A DNA stretch of 64,000 nucleotides from Thermoanaerobaculia bacterium (GCA_038244715.1 JBBRTE010000001.1:234877-298876); one strand, 5' to 3'; counted from the first letter of the stretch, positions 50,677 to 60,687 are shown. The notes: generated from the sequence alone by a model not told the origin. Translations and numbers: made by a program.

Positions 50677-51764
50677 CGGCGTCGGCAGCCCTCGCCATTG
50701 ATTTATTCGCCGGATGCGGCGGACTTTCGCTCGGCCTTCGCGCCGCTGGCTTTCAAGTGGGCGCGGCGGTTGAGATCGATGCTACGGCCGCAAAGACGTA
50801 CAGGGCGAACCATCGAAAGACCACCCTTCTTGAACAAGACATCCGCGACGTGTCGGCCGAGGCGTTCTTGGAGGCAGCGGGCGGACAGCCAGCGTTGATC
50901 GCGGGTTGTGCCCCCTGCCAGGGCTTTTGTTCGCTCACAAGCAAGTACCAACGTGAGGATCCGCGCAACGGCCTCGTGCTGGACATGCTCCGCATCATCA
51001 AGGGTGTGCGGCCAATGGCCGTCATGATGGAGAACGTCCCCGGCCTTCTCGGTCGAGGGAAAAACGTGTTTGAAGAGTTCGTGACGGGCTTGCGCGCCCT
51101 CGGCTATATGCCACACTGGCGGATTCTTCAAATGGCCGACTATGGTGTCCCGCAATCCCGTCGTCGTCTTATCCTCCTAGCCGGACGTGGGTTCATGATT
51201 CCCTTCCCGGACGCGACGCATTCCCGCACTGAGATGAAAGGGAAACGCTTGTGGATCCCCCTCCGGGACGCGATCGGCGAAATCACCGCGGCGACGCGGC
51301 TGAGCATGACGCGCCGAAATGGCGGAGGCCCCCAAGACTATAACTGGCACGTTGTGCGGGATCTGCAGCCGCAAACGAAAGCGCGGCTTAAAGCGGCCAT
51401 ACCGGGGAGTTCGTGGCTTTCCGTGGATGAAACCTTGCGGCCCGAATGTCATCGCGACGGCTATCGGGGATTTACGAACGTCTACGGGAGGATGTCGTGG
51501 GATGAAACTGCTCCTACGATCACCACCGGCTGTACGACGCCGGCGAAGGGGCGCTTCGGCCATCCTGACAGGCGGCGCACGACGATCTCGGTTCGTGAAG
51601 CGGCGATCCTTCAAACGTTTCCGCTTCGCTATCGGTTCAAGACGGACCATATCGATCAAGTCTGCAACATGGTCGGCAACGCCGTTCCTCCGCTGTTCGC
51701 GAGGGCCGTCGGCAAGTCGATAGCAGCGGCGATCGAGAATCACACGCATGCGCTCGCGCGATGA
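50673..51764 (+). CDS. dcm: DNA (cytosine-5) methyltransferase
   Basis: [21 protein letters not shown] and VGNAVPP. Confidence 0.95.
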   Translation: MTASAALAIDLFAGCGGLSLGLRAAGFQVGAAVEIDATAAKTYRANHRKTTLLEQDIRDVSAEAFLEAAGGQPALIAGCAPCQGFCSLTSKYQREDPRNGLVLDMLRIIKGVRPMAVMMENVPGLLGRGKNVFEEFVTGLRALGYMPHWRILQMADYGVPQSRRRLILLAGRGFMIPFPDATHSRTEMKGKRLWIPLRDAIGEITAATRLSMTRRNGGGPQDYNWHVVRDLQPQTKARLKAAIPGSSWLSVDETLRPECHRDGYRGFTNVYGRMSWDETAPTITTGCTTPAKGRFGHPDRRRTTISVREAAILQTFPLRYRFKTDHIDQVCNMVGNAVPPLFARAVGKSIAAAIENHTHALAR

Positions 51765-52074
51765 CCTAACGCCGAATCAAAGGAGCTATTCGATGTCGCG
51801 CGTGCGAAGCAAGGACACCGCTCCGGAATTGAAGCCCCGGCGCGCGGTGTTCCGAGTCGGCCTCCGCTTCAGGAAACACTGGCGTACGCTGCCCGGCACG
51901 CCCGATCTGGTCTTTGTGGGCGCGAAGGTAGCGGTATTTGTCGATGGGGGTTTCTGGCATGGCCACCGTTTTGCGACTTGGAGAGAAAAGCTGACTCCTT
52001 CCCTCGTAGGAGCGGATCTCGCGCAACATTCGAGCGCGATCGCCACCTCGGACGAAGGGGAGGCGAAGTTTTGA
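51748..52074 (+). pseudogene. vsr: Vsr very-short-patch repair endonuclease, C-terminally truncated
   Basis: RSYSMSRVRSKDTAPE, LPGTPD and FVDGGFWHG present; the C-terminal GW...WE segment is replaced by unrelated sequence. Confidence 0.75.
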
Positions 52075-52230
52075 GCTTCCTTCCTCAATTCGAGCTTGCC
52101 GAGAACCACGGTTTACCCGAGCGCGAGATGACGAAGCTGGTTACAATCGTTCGGAATCATGAGTCTCAAATCAGAGCAGCATGGACCCGGCACTTCGGAC
52201 GTTGAGGTCACGAACATCTCCCGGCACGGT
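52030..52230 (+). pseudogene. Remnants of a DUF4160/DUF2442-like gene pair
   Basis: GEAKF*, then frameshifted ELAENHGL...IRAAWTRHFG, overlapped by TSDVEVTNISRHG in another frame. Confidence 0.55.
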
Positions 52231-52344
52231 GCAGCTATTTTTCAGGCAAGATCCAGAATTGATCCGTGCACCGAGGTCTGACCCCGCCCGCTCCCCACCA
52301 GTCCTACTCTCTTCAGTCCCTTCTTCAATCATTCTGCCGACGCC

Positions 52345-53811
52345 TTACGTCGGTATCGGGGCACCTTCGGAGGCGGACAAATGATTCCCCCCGCCATTCG
52401 CGGACGCGACCGGAGCTGGTGGAGGCACGGTCGGTAACACCAGTCGATGCTGATCATCATCGGACTCCTCAATTCGCCCAATCTCTAATAATTTCGAAAT
52501 GACGGTCGCCGCCTCAGCCTCGGTGTGGTCGCTGCGTTCAAAGTAAAGGGCGCCGGCCAGCGCCGACACATCAGCCAGACGAATATCAACACCACCGGCA
52601 ACAAGCGCGACTGTCAGTTCACCATCCAGTTGACTGCGCCAGTCGGGATGAATGCCAGCGATAGGAGTAGCCAAGGTCACAAACGACGGTGCAACACTCG
52701 AACCGTCCAATCCCACCAATACCGGCCGCCGCGTTAGAAGTTCAGTGAGAAACTCACGCACATGACGCCATGGATAGCGTCCCGCCTCAAGCCCTTGCGT
52801 CTGAATGCTCGACCGAGTGACGTCAATCGTTTTTCTTAATAGTTCGCCGAGCGCCACCGGTCCATCGTTAATCACCATCTCTAGCGCGTCGAAAAGCTGC
52901 CGTCTGATATTCGAGAAGGGACCCAGCCGCTGGCGGCGAAGTGAATCAAGAAATTCTTGGGATCTTGAATGCGACCGGCGAGCAACCTGCAGAAACCGCC
53001 GGTTATCGGCACCCGCTGCCTCAGCAGAAAGCCATATCCGCGGATTGTTTATGTCCAGACGATCGATCGCTATCGCGTCGCGATCCTCGGCCGCCCTCAG
53101 CAACGCTGATATAAAGCCCGGAAACGATGCCAGTGGGTTGGCCTTTTCGAATCTATTGTCGAGGCGTGCGAGAATCGCCCGTACGTCTGTTTGGCGTACC
53201 GCCTTCGCAGGTGCTGTCGCCGACACTTCCCGGAGTGCAGCAACCAGAAACGTAACGGCATCGTCTATCGGCATCAGTTCGTGGGGCCAACGAAAGGTTG
53301 TCATCGGCTGTCGCTGCGGCACCGGCCTGTTCGTCGCTAAAGAAGGGAGGATGTCCTCAGAAGGCGGTTCACCTGACATCGTTGAACCTGCTTGCAGTGC
53401 TGACTCAGCGGACGATGATGCGGACCGCAAGCCTTGCGGTCCGGCATATGACGTTGTGTGTTGCCATAGAGAACTAAACGACCGAAACGTTACGCGCATC
53501 TGTTGATCGGTCGTGAGTCGCGCGTTGAGCTCGAACACAACCTTGTGAAAGGTAAACACGACTACAGCCTGATCAAACGCAACGTTTAGCATCTGTCTCA
53601 ACTGCTCGAACACGACGTTGGCAACGAGCGAATAATGTGTACCGCTCGGCAACACAACCTCCTGGCCAAAGGTTACAGCCGACATCTGGTGCGTAACTCG
53701 CAGTATTGTAATGTCCACTCGACTGACGCTTGGATAGGCAGATACTGCGCGTTGTACTAATGAACCTTCCGTGTCAGGGTTGGCCCGCGTGACATCGATT
53801 ATTAGCTTCAT
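52345..53811 (-). CDS. Hypothetical protein with possible OST-HTH/LOTUS-like domain; atypical composition
   Basis: Long ORF in AT-richer DNA; VRAILARLDNRFEK...GFISALLRAAEDRDAIAI resembles LOTUS. Start uncertain. Confidence 0.6.
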   Translation of the reverse strand: MKLIIDVTRANPDTEGSLVQRAVSAYPSVSRVDITILRVTHQMSAVTFGQEVVLPSGTHYSLVANVVFEQLRQMLNVAFDQAVVVFTFHKVVFELNARLTTDQQMRVTFRSFSSLWQHTTSYAGPQGLRSASSSAESALQAGSTMSGEPPSEDILPSLATNRPVPQRQPMTTFRWPHELMPIDDAVTFLVAALREVSATAPAKAVRQTDVRAILARLDNRFEKANPLASFPGFISALLRAAEDRDAIAIDRLDINNPRIWLSAEAAGADNRRFLQVARRSHSRSQEFLDSLRRQRLGPFSNIRRQLFDALEMVINDGPVALGELLRKTIDVTRSSIQTQGLEAGRYPWRHVREFLTELLTRRPVLVGLDGSSVAPSFVTLATPIAGIHPDWRSQLDGELTVALVAGGVDIRLADVSALAGALYFERSDHTEAEAATVISKLLEIGRIEESDDDQHRLVLPTVPPPAPVASANGGGNHLSASEGAPIPT

Positions 53812-53877
53812 CTGTAGTCGGCCCCCATTAGAAGTCCTGATTGAAGTGAGGCGCAGGTTGGACCTGCGCCTCACCTA

Positions 53878-54042
53878 CTAACTAGTTATTTCTCGGAGGT
53901 ATTCGAACAGCGCTCCACCGACGAGTGGCGCAAGCACCGGCCAAATGGCGTCTCCGGGCAAGAACTTGGTTAGTAGGAACACGCCCACCGTCATCATGGA
54001 CATCACGATAACGTTGTGACTTGACTTTTTCCTGCTATCCAT
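53878..54042 (-). CDS. Small 54-aa hydrophobic protein
   Basis: RBS GAGG/AAGGA; MDSRKKSSHNVIVMSMMTVGVFLLTKFLPGDAIWPVLAPLVGGALF. Confidence 0.5.
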   Translation of the reverse strand: MDSRKKSSHNVIVMSMMTVGVFLLTKFLPGDAIWPVLAPLVGGALFEYLREITS

Positions 54043-54261
54043 TGTCCTTTTCCTCTTGGTTAAGGGTTTGCCCCTTACAGGAATTGGAAGCCCTACAGAG
54101 AAAGGAGGAACCGTAGGCTTTCGGCGCAGATGGCGAAAGCGAAGTAGCGCAATAGGGAAGATGTGAAACTGCGAAGTCGGAACCTGCGAGAGTGGAAAGT
54201 TCGAACGAGCGAAGCTACGAAGCCGTAACCGCCCCGGTGCACCAAGGCGAGGCGATATAGA

Positions 54262-54290
54262 ACTATATATGGATGGCGGACGGCTGTCAA
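54262..54290 (-). promoter_or_regulatory. Near-consensus sigma70 promoter
   Basis: TTGACA-17 nt-TATAGT on the minus strand. Confidence 0.8.
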
Positions 54291-54528
54291 TCCGCACTCG
54301 TTTCTTTTCTCGTCAGCACGCTGTTGGTGCGGCCAACGAGAGTTCTGCCGCAAGACCGCCGACCTTGTCTCTACGTAGTTGAATTTTGAGATGGCAAGGC
54401 GCGACGTGGGGTCACACCCTCGATCTTCGCGCTGACATCCCTCCCTCCACGCCTCGTTTCGAGAGTTGCGATTCCGAGGAGCTCGGCGGCGCCGTTCTCT
54501 ACATCAGGCTGATTGAGACGCCAGCCCC

Positions 54529-55389
54529 TCACCCAAACGTTGCCAGAATCTCCTCCCTCCCCACCAACCCACCCACCCCCGCCGCCCGTTCGCGGATGTC
54601 GAGGACTTCGTCGAGGAGGGACATGCGCGGGGACGCGTAGAGCACGCCTGTGGTCAGCACGTCCTCGGACTCGTTGCAGAGGCGCATGGCGGTCTCGCGG
54701 TCGCTGCGGGTGTGGTCCGCGGGCACCGGGCGTACCTTCGGGCGGAGCAGTTTCATCTGGTCGTCGCCGCGCCAGGTGACGCAGGGGGAGATGATGTTCA
54801 GGAACGAGAAGCCGTGGTGCGTGATCGCTTCCTTCATCAATTCGGCGGTGCCTTTCACGTCGCCGGCGAAGGCGCGGCCTACCCAGCTGGCGCCTAACGA
54901 GATGGCCAGCGCGCAGGGGTCGATGCTGATCTCGGGGTTGCCGTAGGTCGTCGATTTCGTCTTATCACCGTGCGGCGTCGTCGGCGCGGCCTGGCCCTTT
55001 GTCAGGCCGTAGATCTCGTTGTCCATGATGAAGTACGCAAGATCAACATTGCGTCGTGCGGCGTGCATGAAGTGATTGCCGCCGATGGCCAGGCCGTCGC
55101 CGTCGCCACCCACTGCAATCACTTTGAGATTCGGTGCCGCTAGCTTCGCACCGGTCGCGATCGGCAGCGCGCGGCCGTGCAGCGAATTGAAGCCGTACGT
55201 TTCGACATAGCCGGGCAGCCGCGACGAACAGCCGATGCCGGAGACCACCACCGTCTCGTGCGGTTCGCACTTCAGATCGGCTAACGCGCGATAGACGGAG
55301 TTGAGGACGGCGAAATCGCCGCAGCCGGGACACCATACCGGCTTCAGATCGGTCTTGTAGTCCTGCGGGGAGTACGGTGCGATGGTCAT
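54529..55389 (-). CDS. korB: 2-oxoacid:ferredoxin oxidoreductase beta subunit
   Basis: WCPGCG, SGIGCS, GGDGD and DNEIYGLTKGQ. Confidence 0.93.
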   Translation of the reverse strand: MTIAPYSPQDYKTDLKPVWCPGCGDFAVLNSVYRALADLKCEPHETVVVSGIGCSSRLPGYVETYGFNSLHGRALPIATGAKLAAPNLKVIAVGGDGDGLAIGGNHFMHAARRNVDLAYFIMDNEIYGLTKGQAAPTTPHGDKTKSTTYGNPEISIDPCALAISLGASWVGRAFAGDVKGTAELMKEAITHHGFSFLNIISPCVTWRGDDQMKLLRPKVRPVPADHTRSDRETAMRLCNESEDVLTTGVLYASPRMSLLDEVLDIRERAAGVGGLVGREEILATFG

Positions 55390-57113
55390 ACGGTCACCTT
55401 TTCCGGAGTGCGGACTTCGGATTTCTGCAGTGTCAGGAGGCGTTGCAGTTCGGTCTCGATTTCGGCGGCGGTCAGATTCTTTCCGCCGGAGCGCTTGTAG
55501 ACGTGGGTTCGTTCGCGCGGGAAGTCGACGAAGCCGCGCAGGTACTTCTCGAATTGCGCGGAGTAGCTCAGTTCGACGATCAGCACCTCGTCGCACGCAT
55601 CGATGAACTCCTGCAGCGGCGCGGCGGGGAGCGGCATCAGGAGCTGCGGCGCGAAGACGCCGATCCCGGAGTCCTCGCCCATCCGCTCCAGTGCTTCGCG
55701 CATCGGGCCGAGGGTCGAGCCCCAGCAGAGGACGCCGAGGCGAGGGGTGGCGGCGCCGAAGCGGCGGAAGAGGGGATAGCGCTCGACGATACCCTCGAGT
55801 TTGCGATAGCGCTTGGCATTCATCTGTTCATGCACGACGAACGTCGCATTCGGCCGGCCCAGCGCGTCGTGCTCAAGGCCATTCGTCTGATACATGCCGC
55901 CTGGTGTCGACGGAATCGCCATCGGCGAAACGCCGCTGGGTGTGTCGCGATAGCGCTGGTAGTCGTCCGTCGACGGCATGATGGCCACCGTCCGATCGCG
56001 CACCACGTGCTCGAGCGCACTGGCGTCGAGCGTGGAGCGCCGCTGCGCGATCGACTGATCGGTCAGCACGATCACAGGGATCTGAAACTCTTCGCTGATG
56101 TTGAAGGCATCGACGGTGGCGTGGAACGACTCCTCCACGTCCGAGCAGGCGATGACGACGCGCGGCGTGTCGCCGTGACTGGCGAAGACGCTGTGCAGCA
56201 GATCGGACTGCTCGCTCTTCGTCGGGATACCGGTCGACGGACCGCCCCGCTGTACGTTCACGATCACCGCGGAGACCTCGGCGATCGACGCCAGGCCGAG
56301 CATCTCCGCCATCAGCGACAGGCCCGGACCCGAGGTGGCGGTCATCGACTTGACGCCGGCGAAGGAGGCGCCGATCACTGCGCCGATCGCAGCCAGCTCA
56401 TCCTCAGTTTGCAACGTTGTCCCGCGCAGCTTCGGCAGCCACACCGCGAGGAACTGCAGGATTTCCGTGGAGGGAGTGATCGGATAGCCGGCAAAGAAGC
56501 GGCAGCCGGCGTGGATCGCGCCAAAGGCCGAGGCTTCGTTGCCGGACATGATCAGGTGCGGGGTGCTGCGCTCGTACACCAGCCGTTTCGTCACCGTGAT
56601 CGACTCGGCGGCAGCGATGCCTTCGTCGAACGCCTGTAGGTTGGCGTCGACGACGGCCTGCTTCTTTTTTGCGAACCGTTTCGTGACGGCGTCGCGCGTC
56701 GCTTCGAGCGGCAGTCCGAAGAGGGAGGCCAGGAGGGCGATGGCCATCACGTTCTTCGCAGCGCCTTTGAAGGCGATGGGATGAACGCTGCGTCCGGCGA
56801 ATTCGGCCGGGGGCTCGTCGCCTGTCTGATGGAAGATCACCGCATCCGGCGCGAGAACCATCTCGTTGTCGAATCGTGCGAAGTCCTCCCAGCGGAAGAC
56901 GACCAGCACGTCGATGCAGTCGGCCTGCGCGTGAATCGGCGCAGTACTGACACGCACGACTGCCGACGATTCTCCGCCGCGAATCTGCGGCCCATACGCC
57001 TCGGTCTTCAGGACGTGCAGCCCTTCCCCGGCACATGCGCCGGCGATGATGTCCCCCGCCGCAACCGCACCGTCGCCACCACTTCCGACGAAGGCAATTG
57101 TGAGTTCGTTCAT
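55386..57113 (-). CDS. korA: 2-oxoacid:acceptor oxidoreductase alpha subunit (gamma-alpha fusion)
   Basis: YGPQIRGGES, GYPITPSTE, TATSGPG and QRGGPSTGIPT. Confidence 0.93.
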   Translation of the reverse strand: MNELTIAFVGSGGDGAVAAGDIIAGACAGEGLHVLKTEAYGPQIRGGESSAVVRVSTAPIHAQADCIDVLVVFRWEDFARFDNEMVLAPDAVIFHQTGDEPPAEFAGRSVHPIAFKGAAKNVMAIALLASLFGLPLEATRDAVTKRFAKKKQAVVDANLQAFDEGIAAAESITVTKRLVYERSTPHLIMSGNEASAFGAIHAGCRFFAGYPITPSTEILQFLAVWLPKLRGTTLQTEDELAAIGAVIGASFAGVKSMTATSGPGLSLMAEMLGLASIAEVSAVIVNVQRGGPSTGIPTKSEQSDLLHSVFASHGDTPRVVIACSDVEESFHATVDAFNISEEFQIPVIVLTDQSIAQRRSTLDASALEHVVRDRTVAIMPSTDDYQRYRDTPSGVSPMAIPSTPGGMYQTNGLEHDALGRPNATFVVHEQMNAKRYRKLEGIVERYPLFRRFGAATPRLGVLCWGSTLGPMREALERMGEDSGIGVFAPQLLMPLPAAPLQEFIDACDEVLIVELSYSAQFEKYLRGFVDFPRERTHVYKRSGGKNLTAAEIETELQRLLTLQKSEVRTPEKVTV

Positions 57114-57182
57114 TGGATCCTCCCGGCTTGCAGTGTTGCCGATGGATGACCGGCGCGATGGCGAGGGGTGTCACGGGGGCGG

Positions 57183-57197
57183 GTGACAACCATCACA
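57183..57197. promoter_or_regulatory. CRP/FNR-family box GTGA-caacca-TCACA
   Basis: Divergent korA/feoB intergenic region. Confidence 0.65.
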
Positions 57198-57222
57198 GGA
57201 GAATGTTCGGGGAAGGGCCAGC

Positions 57223-59160
57223 ATGACTGAGATCATGTCTCAACTCGAAAACGCTCCCCGCGAAATCGTCCTCATCGGCAATGCCAACGTCGGCAAATCC
57301 CTGCTCTTCTCGCGGTTGACGAAGCGCCACGCCACGGTCTCCAACTACCCCGGAACCACCGTGGAAGTGACGAGCGCCGCCTCGGACATCGGGCTGATCA
57401 TCGACACGCCGGGCGTGAACTCGCTGCTGCCGCAGTCGGGGGATGAGATCGTCGCCCGCGACCTGCTGCTGGCGCGCCGCGCGAACGCGGTCGTCGTGCA
57501 GGTCGGCGACATCGCCAACCTCCGCCGCACCATCCTCCTGACGCTGCAACTCGCGGAGATGGACGTGCCGCTGGTCGTCTGTCTGAACATGGCCGACGAG
57601 CTCCATGCCGGCGACGGCGACGGGAGCGTCAACGCCAGTGTGCTGGCGCGCGAGGTGGGATCGTCGGTCGTGGCGATCTCGGCGCTGCGCAGCTGGAACA
57701 TCGGCCGTTTGCGCAACGCCATCGCCTCCGCCGCGCGGCCATCGGCAACGGTCACTTACCCCGCCGAGATCGAGGGCGCGGTCGAACGTCTCCTGCCGAT
57801 CCTTCCTGCGAGTCTGCGATGCCGAGGGGTGGCGCTGTCGATCGTGGCGGGCGATGCGTCGCTTCGCCCGCTGCTGCCGGCGGACATCCTCGCCGCGTGC
57901 GACGAAGCTCGCGAATCCGTCGCGCAGCCAGCCAGCATGACCATCGTTCACGCGCGCGTGGCCGCTGCCGATGCGCTCATCACGCGAGCGGGCGCAGCCT
58001 CGACGCGTCGCAGCGGCAACTTCCGCGAACAGATCGGCGCTCTTTGCATGCACAGCATCTGGGGCCTGCCGATCCTGGCACTCGTGCTCGCCTTCGCCTG
58101 GTATTTCGTCGGCAGGATCGGCGCAGGCGTGATGGTGGACTGGATGCAATCGGTGCTCTTCGGGAAGTACATCAATCCGAACGCGATCCGTCTGCTCGAC
58201 GCGATGCACCCGCCGCGCTTCGTCCACGATCTGCTCGTCGGCCCGTACGGCATCCTGACGATGGCCCTCACCTACGCCATCGCCATCGTGCTGCCGGTCG
58301 TGATCACGTTTTTCGCGTTCTTCAGCATCCTCGAAGACACGGGCTATCTTCCGCGCCTGGCGGTCCTCCTCCACCGCGGCTTCCGCAAGATCGGTCTCAA
58401 CGGGAAAGCCGTGTTGCCGATGGTCCTCGGGCTCGGCTGCGACACGATGGCGACGCTGACCACGCGGATCCTCGACTCGAAGAAAGAGTCGACCATCGTC
58501 ACCCTGCTCCTGGCCCTCGGCGTCCCCTGCTCCGCGCAACTCGGCGTGATCATGGGGATGCTGGCGCCGCTCGGCTTGCCGGCTGCGATGATCTGGATCG
58601 GCATCACGCTCGGCACGATCGGGCTGGTGGGCTGGGCCGCGGCGAAGGTCGTGCCCGGCGATCCCGCCGACTTCGTGCTGGAGATCCCGCCGATGCGGAT
58701 GCCCGGCATCACCAACATCGTCATCAAGGTGTTGGCGCGCGCGGAGTGGTATCTGAAGGAAGCGGTGCCGCTGTTCATCATCGGTACCGTCCTCCTCTTT
58801 CTTCTCGACTGGATCCACGCCCTGGGCATGATCCAGCGCGCGCTCTCACCCATCATCGTGCACGGCCTGGGCTTGCCGGCCGAGGCGACGAATGCGTTCG
58901 TGATCGGATTCCTGCGACGTGACTACGGAGCGGCCGGGCTCTTCACGATGCAGAAGGCCGGGCATCTGACGCCGAATCAGGTCGTGGTCGCGCTGACCGT
59001 AATCACGCTGTTTATCCCCTGTATCGCCAACCTGCTGGTCATGCTCAAGGAGCGCGGCGCGCGGGCGGGATGGACGATGGCGGCCTTCATCCTCGTCTAC
59101 GCATTCGGCATCGGCGCGCTGATGAACGCCACGTTCCACTTTTTCGGAGTGGTGTTGTGA
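57223..59160 (+). CDS. feoB: Ferrous iron transporter B
   Basis: GNANVGKS, NYPGTTV, DTPG, NMAD, LEDTGYLPR and PCIA. Confidence 0.95.
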   Translation: MTEIMSQLENAPREIVLIGNANVGKSLLFSRLTKRHATVSNYPGTTVEVTSAASDIGLIIDTPGVNSLLPQSGDEIVARDLLLARRANAVVVQVGDIANLRRTILLTLQLAEMDVPLVVCLNMADELHAGDGDGSVNASVLAREVGSSVVAISALRSWNIGRLRNAIASAARPSATVTYPAEIEGAVERLLPILPASLRCRGVALSIVAGDASLRPLLPADILAACDEARESVAQPASMTIVHARVAAADALITRAGAASTRRSGNFREQIGALCMHSIWGLPILALVLAFAWYFVGRIGAGVMVDWMQSVLFGKYINPNAIRLLDAMHPPRFVHDLLVGPYGILTMALTYAIAIVLPVVITFFAFFSILEDTGYLPRLAVLLHRGFRKIGLNGKAVLPMVLGLGCDTMATLTTRILDSKKESTIVTLLLALGVPCSAQLGVIMGMLAPLGLPAAMIWIGITLGTIGLVGWAAAKVVPGDPADFVLEIPPMRMPGITNIVIKVLARAEWYLKEAVPLFIIGTVLLFLLDWIHALGMIQRALSPIIVHGLGLPAEATNAFVIGFLRRDYGAAGLFTMQKAGHLTPNQVVVALTVITLFIPCIANLLVMLKERGARAGWTMAAFILVYAFGIGALMNATFHFFGVVL

Positions 59161-59354
59161 ACGAGCTGCAATGCCCGCTGTGCAGCACCGACTTTGAGGC
59201 GGAGGCGTGCCACGGGTCGTGTCCGATGTCCCGCCACTGTGCGATGTCGCGCTGTCCTCGCTGCGGCTACGAGTTCGTCGCCACGGGAAGCATTGCCGCG
59301 CGACTGCAAAGACTCTTGCAACGGAGGCCCGATGATTCACGCAGCAACGGATGA
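59157..59354 (+). CDS. Small Cys-rich protein in the feo operon
   Basis: GTGA overlap with feoB stop; CPLC...CHGSC...C...CPRCGYEF. Confidence 0.75.
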   Translation: MNELQCPLCSTDFEAEACHGSCPMSRHCAMSRCPRCGYEFVATGSIAARLQRLLQRRPDDSRSNG

Positions 59355-59976
59355 AGTCCTCGAACATCTCTGGTACGCGGTCGAAGAGAATCGTCTCGTC
59401 CAGTCGCACGACGACCTCGGCGCTGCGATGGACGACAAGTCGTTCCGCGCCGCGGTCTACGAGCTGGTCGCCGAGAACGCGATCGATGCGCAGATGAACC
59501 TTTCGCCGTCCGGCACGGCGCGGGCACGGCGGATCGTGCGCCGGCACCGGCTGGCGGAGGTGCTGTTCTTCGAAGCGCTGGGAGCGGCGCTGCACGACGC
59601 GGAGAAATCGGCGTGCGAGATGGAACACATGCTCTCCGACACCGTCGTCGACCGGGTCTGCACGTTTCTCGGACATCCGCCGGTCTGTCCGCACGGCAAG
59701 CGCATTCCGAGCGGCGATTGCTGCCGCGTCTATTCGAAACAGATCGACCCGCTGGTGATGCGCGTGATCGATCTGCCGGTCGGGGCCACGGCGTCGATCG
59801 CGTTCATCGCGCCGAAGACCTTGGCGCGCCTGGAAAAGCTGGCGGCATTCGGGATCGTGCCGGGGAGCGAGATCCGGCTCGTGGCACGCAAACCGAGTTG
59901 CGTCATCGCCTGCGGCGCGACGTCGATCGCGCTGGAAGACGACATCGGCCGCGAGATCTACGTGCGCACCGCGTGA
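59332..59976 (+). CDS. DtxR/MntR-family metal-dependent regulator with C-terminal FeoA domain
   Basis: RRHRLAE, ACEMEH, GHPPVCPHGKRIP and FGIVPGSEI. Confidence 0.88.
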   Translation: MIHAATDEVLEHLWYAVEENRLVQSHDDLGAAMDDKSFRAAVYELVAENAIDAQMNLSPSGTARARRIVRRHRLAEVLFFEALGAALHDAEKSACEMEHMLSDTVVDRVCTFLGHPPVCPHGKRIPSGDCCRVYSKQIDPLVMRVIDLPVGATASIAFIAPKTLARLEKLAAFGIVPGSEIRLVARKPSCVIACGATSIALEDDIGREIYVRTA

Positions 59977-60301
59977 CGCGGCGATGTCACGCGGCGCGGT
60001 GCCAGTCGTCACGATGGGACCCGAAGCGGGCGCGATACGTTCATCGCGTGAATCGTCACCCTCTCCCCCTGCTAGTACCCGCGGGAAACGTGGCCGGACC
60101 GCTGGATGGGCCCGCAGCGTCCGCCTTTTCCCCACAACGCACGCGAATTGAGAGACGCGCGCGTCGTGGCCTGCGCGTGCCGCGTCCAGCGGCCGCCCTC
60201 GCGGTCGTGACGATCACCGTCCCCGCGCTCGCGCCGTCACGCGAGCTCCTCCCGCCAGCGGCGGCCGAGCGCGGACACGATGGCCAGCTCCTGACGTGCG
60301 C

Positions 60302-60315
60302 GTGACAGCAGTCAC
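60302..60315. promoter_or_regulatory. CRP/FNR-family box GTGA-cagcag-TCAC
   Basis: About 70 nt upstream of hypC. Confidence 0.55.
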
Positions 60316-60385
60316 GCGCACCTGTGCCGGCGAGCGTCGACGCGAACCTCCCCCCTGTGCGATCGTGAAACAGCGGAGGTGTCCC

Positions 60386-60655
60386 ATGTGTCTCGGAGCT
60401 CCTGGTCAGATCGTGCGGTTCATCGAAAAGGACGTTGCGGAATGCGATTTCTGGGGCATGACCCGAGAGGTGCGGCTCGATGTTCTGGAAGGCGAGATCG
60501 CGGTCGGTGACTACATCCTCGAGCACGAGGGCCACGCCGTACGCCGCATCGACGACGCGCTCATCGCCGACACCCTGGCACTCTACGAGATCATCCTCAC
60601 CGAAGCGGGAGACGACCCCATCGCAATCGACGCACTGGCCGGTTGCCGGGCGTAG
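60386..60655 (+). CDS. hypC: HypC/HupF-family protein
   Basis: N-terminal MCLGAPGQI and VGDYILEHEGHA; RBS GGAGG. Confidence 0.85.
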   Translation: MCLGAPGQIVRFIEKDVAECDFWGMTREVRLDVLEGEIAVGDYILEHEGHAVRRIDDALIADTLALYEIILTEAGDDPIAIDALAGCRA

Positions 60656-60687
60656 AGGCTTTTCTTTGGCCTTCGCAGACCCGCCCT

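Noticed and set aside
48600-54500. Prophage or integrative element as carrier of the defence island
   Set aside because: No integrase, transposase, tRNA or att-like repeats seen.
59977-60300. Possible gene or riboswitch between the DtxR gene and hypC
   Set aside because: No convincing ORF with RBS and no recognisable aptamer.
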